Of a stretch of DNA of 64,000 nt, positions 59,636-64,000 are shown piece after piece; positions within the stretch are counted from its first letter, which is position 1; each line of letters opens with the position of its first letter. The translations under genes were made by a program, and so were the position numbers. The notes under the pieces were generated by a model that saw only the letters and a program-made list of their open reading frames with translations, was not told the origin of the DNA and ran no database searches. Where the stretch lies: the NCBI GenBank assembly GCA_964016885.1, contig OZ024743.1, forward strand, positions 127,534,001 to 127,598,000, read 5' to 3'. This DNA comes from Eledone cirrhosa (taxonomy: Eukaryota).

Positions 59636-59799
59636 GTGGCACTAGTGGTGACAGTGGAAGTTCTGAATGTAATTACAGAGCAGATGGTCCCAGTTGGCTG
59701 AATGGTACCTCATACCTGAATAAAAAGGATCCAGTAGAGAATGAGGTAGTAAAAACTCCTCTTCTGTCTTCACCATCCATGTTAAAGGTTTTGGAGAAG
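59636..59799 (+). CDS. NHEJ1: NHEJ1/XLF penultimate exon (disordered C-terminal region), phase 1/0, probable GC donor
   Basis: Long T-rich tract + atccag|GT acceptor; open frame GTSGDSGSS...GPSWLNG...KTPLLSSPSMLKVLEK; AAG|gcaagt donor; in frame with both neighbouring exons. Confidence 0.7.
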
Positions 59800-60103
59800 G
59801 CAAGTATATCTTTTCTTTGTTTTTTGACCCTTTTAATACCAACCCACATGAGACCACCCATGGTTTTATGAAATAAATCTGTCCATTTTCACCTTTTCAT
59901 TGACATATTTCTAATGAAAAACATCACTTATGATTTTCTAATCCTTTTGAAATTTGGAAAGATTTAGTAGTATAACTAACTTTGACATTATGAAGCTGGT
60001 GTCAAATATTTTTAATGTTTTAAATAAATATAAATACTAAAAAAAAACAGCTTTGTATCACAGAACCAGGGCTGATTTCAGGTGGTTTGGTATCAAAAAG
60101 GTT

Positions 60104-60215
60104 AACAACAACAATCACAATAAAATCAACAGTGACACTGACAACAACAATGGCACTAACAACAACAATGGCACTGACAATAACAATAACAACAACAATA
60201 GTACCGATGACAATG
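60104..60215. repeat. degenerate (AAC)n microsatellite
   Basis: aacaacaac runs in the last intron. Confidence 0.8.
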
Positions 60216-60286
60216 AATTAGATATAAGAGAGAAGAAACGATTGTAGATTCTGTTTCACTGACATGGTCCATTTTTGTTTTCCCAG

Positions 60287-60379
60287 GAGAAAGAGGAAGA
60301 ACGAAGGCTGCAACTTCGACAACGACTACTACTGGAAAGAAAGAAGAGGAGTTCAAAACTTAGGAAGAGAATGGTGTAA
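60287..60379 (+). CDS. NHEJ1: NHEJ1/XLF last coding exon with basic C-terminal tail (not in the ORF track)
   Basis: ctgac branch point, tttttgttttcccag|GAG acceptor; EKEEERRLQLRQRLLLERKKRSSKLRKRMV*. A basic extreme C-terminus is where XLF carries its Ku-binding motif. Confidence 0.75.
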   Translation, partial: EKEEERRLQLRQRLLLERKKRSSKLRKRMV

Positions 60380-60694
60380 ACGTGAATTCCAGGGCGACTG
60401 ACGTTACTTCAGCAGCTCTTACTTCTCATATAACCATGGAACTCATATTTCTTACTCAGTCACCTATCACTTATACAAATCTCTGTGTCACACTCCTCAC
60501 ACAGTTTTCTAAGCCAAGGTATATAATGTGCCACACAGTGAGATTGAACCAGAAACCATGTGGTTGCAAGCTTACACATTCTGCTAATCTATACTCTTAG
60601 CACAGAAATATACTCATTTAAATATATCTTGGATAAGATTTTTCTATGACATAGAATTGATGAAATATATATTTTATTTAAAATTAATGAAGTC

Positions 60695-60700
60695 AATAAA
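60695..60700 (+). terminator. candidate polyadenylation signal for NHEJ1
   Basis: First AATAAA ~315 nt after the stop codon, followed by T-rich sequence. Confidence 0.4.
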
Positions 60701-61339
60701 GAAATAATATTTAATACATTAATTTCAAGGTTTTCTCTTCATACGAAATACTTAAAAAATTAAACTAAACACCCATCATCTAGGTTAACACCATCAACTG
60801 ACATTTGGCTTTTGTAAACAGTCAGACTAGGTCTCTGATGTAAGAATATCTTTTCGTTTTTCAACAACCTGGAGACTCTGGAAAAGGTTGACACTGCCTT
60901 TACCATGCTGATTCATCATCATCACCATTTTACGTCCGCTTTTCCCTGTTTGCAAGGGTGGGACGGGAACTGATTCTGGCTTGATTTCTACAGCTGGATG
61001 CCCTTCCTAACACCAACCTCATTTACAGTGAGTGCTGGGTGCTTTTTTGCTGTGGCACCTCCACGACCACTTACTTTACAGTGTGGGCTGGGTGCTTTTT
61101 TTTGGCGTGGTACCTCCAAGACCACTTTACAGTGTGGGTTGAGTGCTTTATTTTTTTACCGTGGCACCTACACGTCCACTTTAGAGTGGAATGATATGGA
61201 TCCCAGTCTCTATCATCTCATTTCTACAGCTGAGTAAACTGGAGCAATGTGAAATAAAGTGTCTTGCTCAAGGAAACAACACATCACCCGGTCTGAGAAT
61301 TGAACAAGGCCAATGCTCTAACCACTAAGCCATGTGCCT

Positions 61340-61370
<31 letters not shown>

Positions 61371-61373
<3 letters not shown>

Positions 61374-62591
61374 TCATCATCATCATCTTCGTTTAACGTC
61401 CATTTTCCACGCTAGCATGAGTTAGACGGGAGTTGTCCCACTTGAGGCAAGGTTGGTCGGGTGACCATGTCTCGCTCATATAGGACTATCTGGCAGGTTT
61501 TCTGGATGCCCTTCCTAACACAAACCACATTTACAGTGTGGAACTGGGAACTTTTTACCGTGTTACCCACACGGCCACATTACAGCGTGGACTGTGTGTT
61601 TTTTTCTCGTGACACCTACACGATCTCGATCTCCATCTGATTTATCTCATTTATTTGGACTGGATGTTGTGGTACCAACTTTATAGAGAGAGAGTGGTGT
61701 TGGTGGGAGTGAGAGGATAGGGTAGGGGTAGTGGATTGGGGTGTATATTTGGTTAAGAGGTGCCTACTGACTAGGTTTCGCTTTGTACATAGGCAAGGCG
61801 GGTCTTCTGTATTACTGCGTAGCGCCAAAGATCTCGGTCCAGTGACATATATATATATATATATATATATACGAAGCTTGCATGCTCCGCTGGATGTGTA
61901 ACAGTAATATACGTGAACGGCAAAGCATAAACGAACTAAGGACAAAATTAGAAATAAGAGGGATCAGATGTTGTTTACTCGAGAAAAAGCTACGTTGGTA
62001 TGGACACGTGATGCGCATGAAAGTCGATAGCTGTATAACAAAGTGCAGGGCAATAAAGATAGACGGTAGCCACGGAATAGGCAGACCTAGAAAAACCTGG
62101 GACGAGCTGATAAACTCCGACCTCACACACTTACACCTCTCCAAGACAATGTCACTGGACCAAGACCTTTGGCGGTACTCAGTAACAGAGAAGACCCGCC
62201 TTACCTAAATACATAGTAAAACCTACTACAGCCAGTAGGCATCTCTAACAAAATACCCCCCCCCCCCACCCCATCCACACCACCCCGTTCTATGTAAAGT
62301 GATGTTGGTGCCACACCATCCAGGCCGAAACAAATGAGATCGTGTAGGTGTCACGACATAAAAACACACAGTTCACGCTGTAATGTGGCCGTGTAGGCAA
62401 CATGGTAAAAACCTCCCAGACCCACACTGTAAATGTGGTTGGTGTTAGGAAGGGCATCCAACTGTAGAAAACCTGCCAGACAGTCCTATGCGAGCAAGAC
62501 AATCAATCTTGCCTCAAGTGGGAAAACCCCTTCCAAACCCATGCAAGCGTGGAACACGGACGTTAAACGTTGATGATGATGATGATGATGA
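61371..62591. mobile_element. two RTE 3' fragments in divergent orientation separated by (TA)n
   Basis: 61371-61847 (-) diverged subfamily; 61872-62591 (+) subfamily B with ORF end and (GAT)n tail. Confidence 0.85.
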
Positions 62592-62628
62592 TATATATAT
62601 ATATATATATATATATAGGAAAAGAGCC

Positions 62629-62988
62629 AGAACCCTGACGGCTGAGCTCCAGCAGTTTCGACAGCTATATCCGAACTAAGCCAGCAGTATTGGAATGGTG
62701 GGAATCTAGCTGAACTTATCAAGAGGTACAGTCCATATATGGGCATGCAGTCAAAACAAAGAGAACAGAAATATCAAAGCAAATGATATTTCTTTTTTTT
62801 TTTGTTTTGACAGCATGTCCATATATGGACTGTACTCCGTGATAAGTTCAGCTAGATTCCCGCCGTTCTAATACTGCTGGCTTAGTTTGGATCTAGCGGT
62901 CTAAACAGCCGGAGTTCAGCCGTCGGGATCCTACCCTGAGTATCGAGTACTCTGGTGCATTATGGTCCACCTGGTATCTTACCACACC
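62629..62988. repeat. hairpin-plus-tail repeat element, copy 2 (~150-bp inverted arms)
   Basis: 62629-~62775 is complementary to ~62785-62932; tail 62936-62988 is homologous to the reverse complement of 40858-40910. Confidence 0.8.
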
Positions 62989-63233
62989 TTTGTTTTAACG
63001 ACATCACAACTTTCTCCGGCTTAGCCTGTTCCCCCCCTTTTTGGAGCTTTCCCCCGTTGATGGGCGTGAGCCCGAAATATTGGGATTAAATCTCCACTAC
63101 AGTAACCCTTCTACCTTTGTTTTGTTTTCATCTTTGTCTCTCTCAATTTTCACTTTCTCCTATTTCTCCTATCTATCATTCACTTCCTACCTCGAGATTT
63201 CCCATCTGCATTGTTGTGGCTTTCTAAACTACG

Positions 63234-63277
<44 letters not shown>

Positions 63278-64000
63278 AAACAGCAGTTGGAAGCAAGAGG
63301 ACTGAGAGTGAACCTAGCTAAGACAAAAGTGTTGATGAGTAGAAAAGAGGACAAAACTCAGATTCCGTCAGGGAAATGGCCATGTTCGATATGCAGAAAA
63401 GGAACTGGCATAAATTCTATAAAATGCACACAATGCAGATCCTGGGTACAAAAGAGATGTAGTGGGAGAGCAGGCAAACTAACAGGTAGGGAGAAATATG
63501 TATGCAGTAGATGTACATGGAAATTAGACAGTAGAAGTCGCATTGATAGACACATTTTTCAAATGCATGCGGGTGCTATAGAAGTGGTGGATAGCTTCCC
63601 GTACCTAGGAGATCAGATTAGCATGGGAGGGGTGTGTTCCGAGGCCATAGTATCTAGAATAAGGATGGGTTGGAAGAAGTTTAGCGAGCTGCTTCCTCTG
63701 CTGACGAAGAAGGGTTTCTCCTTGCGTACGAAAGGCCGGTTATATGATGTCTGTGTGAGGAGTGCGATGCTGCATGGTAGTGAGACATGGGCAGCAACTG
63801 CAGAGAATATGCGACGGCTGGAGAGAAATGAGGCAAGCATGCTCCGTTGGATGTGCAGTGTCAATGTGTGTGAACGACCCAGCATGAATGTGTTGAGAGA
63901 GAAATTGTGTCTGAGAGGGATAGAATGTAGTGTACGGCAGAGGAGACTGAGGTGGTATGGACATGTGATGCGCATGGAGGATGACCGATGGGTGAAGAAG
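63278..64000 (+). mobile_element. RTE LINE fragment (third subfamily), runs off the window
   Basis: GLRVNLAKTKV, KWPCSICRKG, YLGD, AMLHGSETW, RRLRWYGHVMR. Confidence 0.88.

Overview
AT-rich, repeat-dense eukaryotic DNA. It is probably from an octopus or other coleoid cephalopod, inferred from the RTE/SINE repertoire, the long (TA)n arrays and the C2H2 content. One host gene spans most of the window on the + strand: NHEJ1/XLF (Cernunnos). Six coding exons could be spliced in frame by hand: 16319-16513, 26301-26439, 27224-27285, 29727-29847, 59636-59799 and 60287-60379. The first coding exon was not found and is probably upstream of the window. The most striking observation lies in the ~30 kb intron after exon 29727-29847. 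There an intact 770-nt exon (33066-33835) encodes six C2H2/C2HC zinc fingers, and its acceptor has the same phase as the normal downstream XLF exon. This predicts an alternative-last-exon isoform in which the XLF head and coiled coil are fused to a zinc-finger array instead of the basic Ku-binding tail. The introns hold RTE LINEs (with a PHD-type finger inside the RT), CR1, Tx1 and R4-like LINE pieces, mariner/maT, Helitron, hAT and piggyBac-like MITEs, and tRNA-derived SINEs. They also hold Penelope-like elements with hammerhead-ribozyme folds, including a conserved CAGAAGA core variant, and kilobase (TA/TATG)n arrays. All calls come from reading the sequence by eye; no searches were run.
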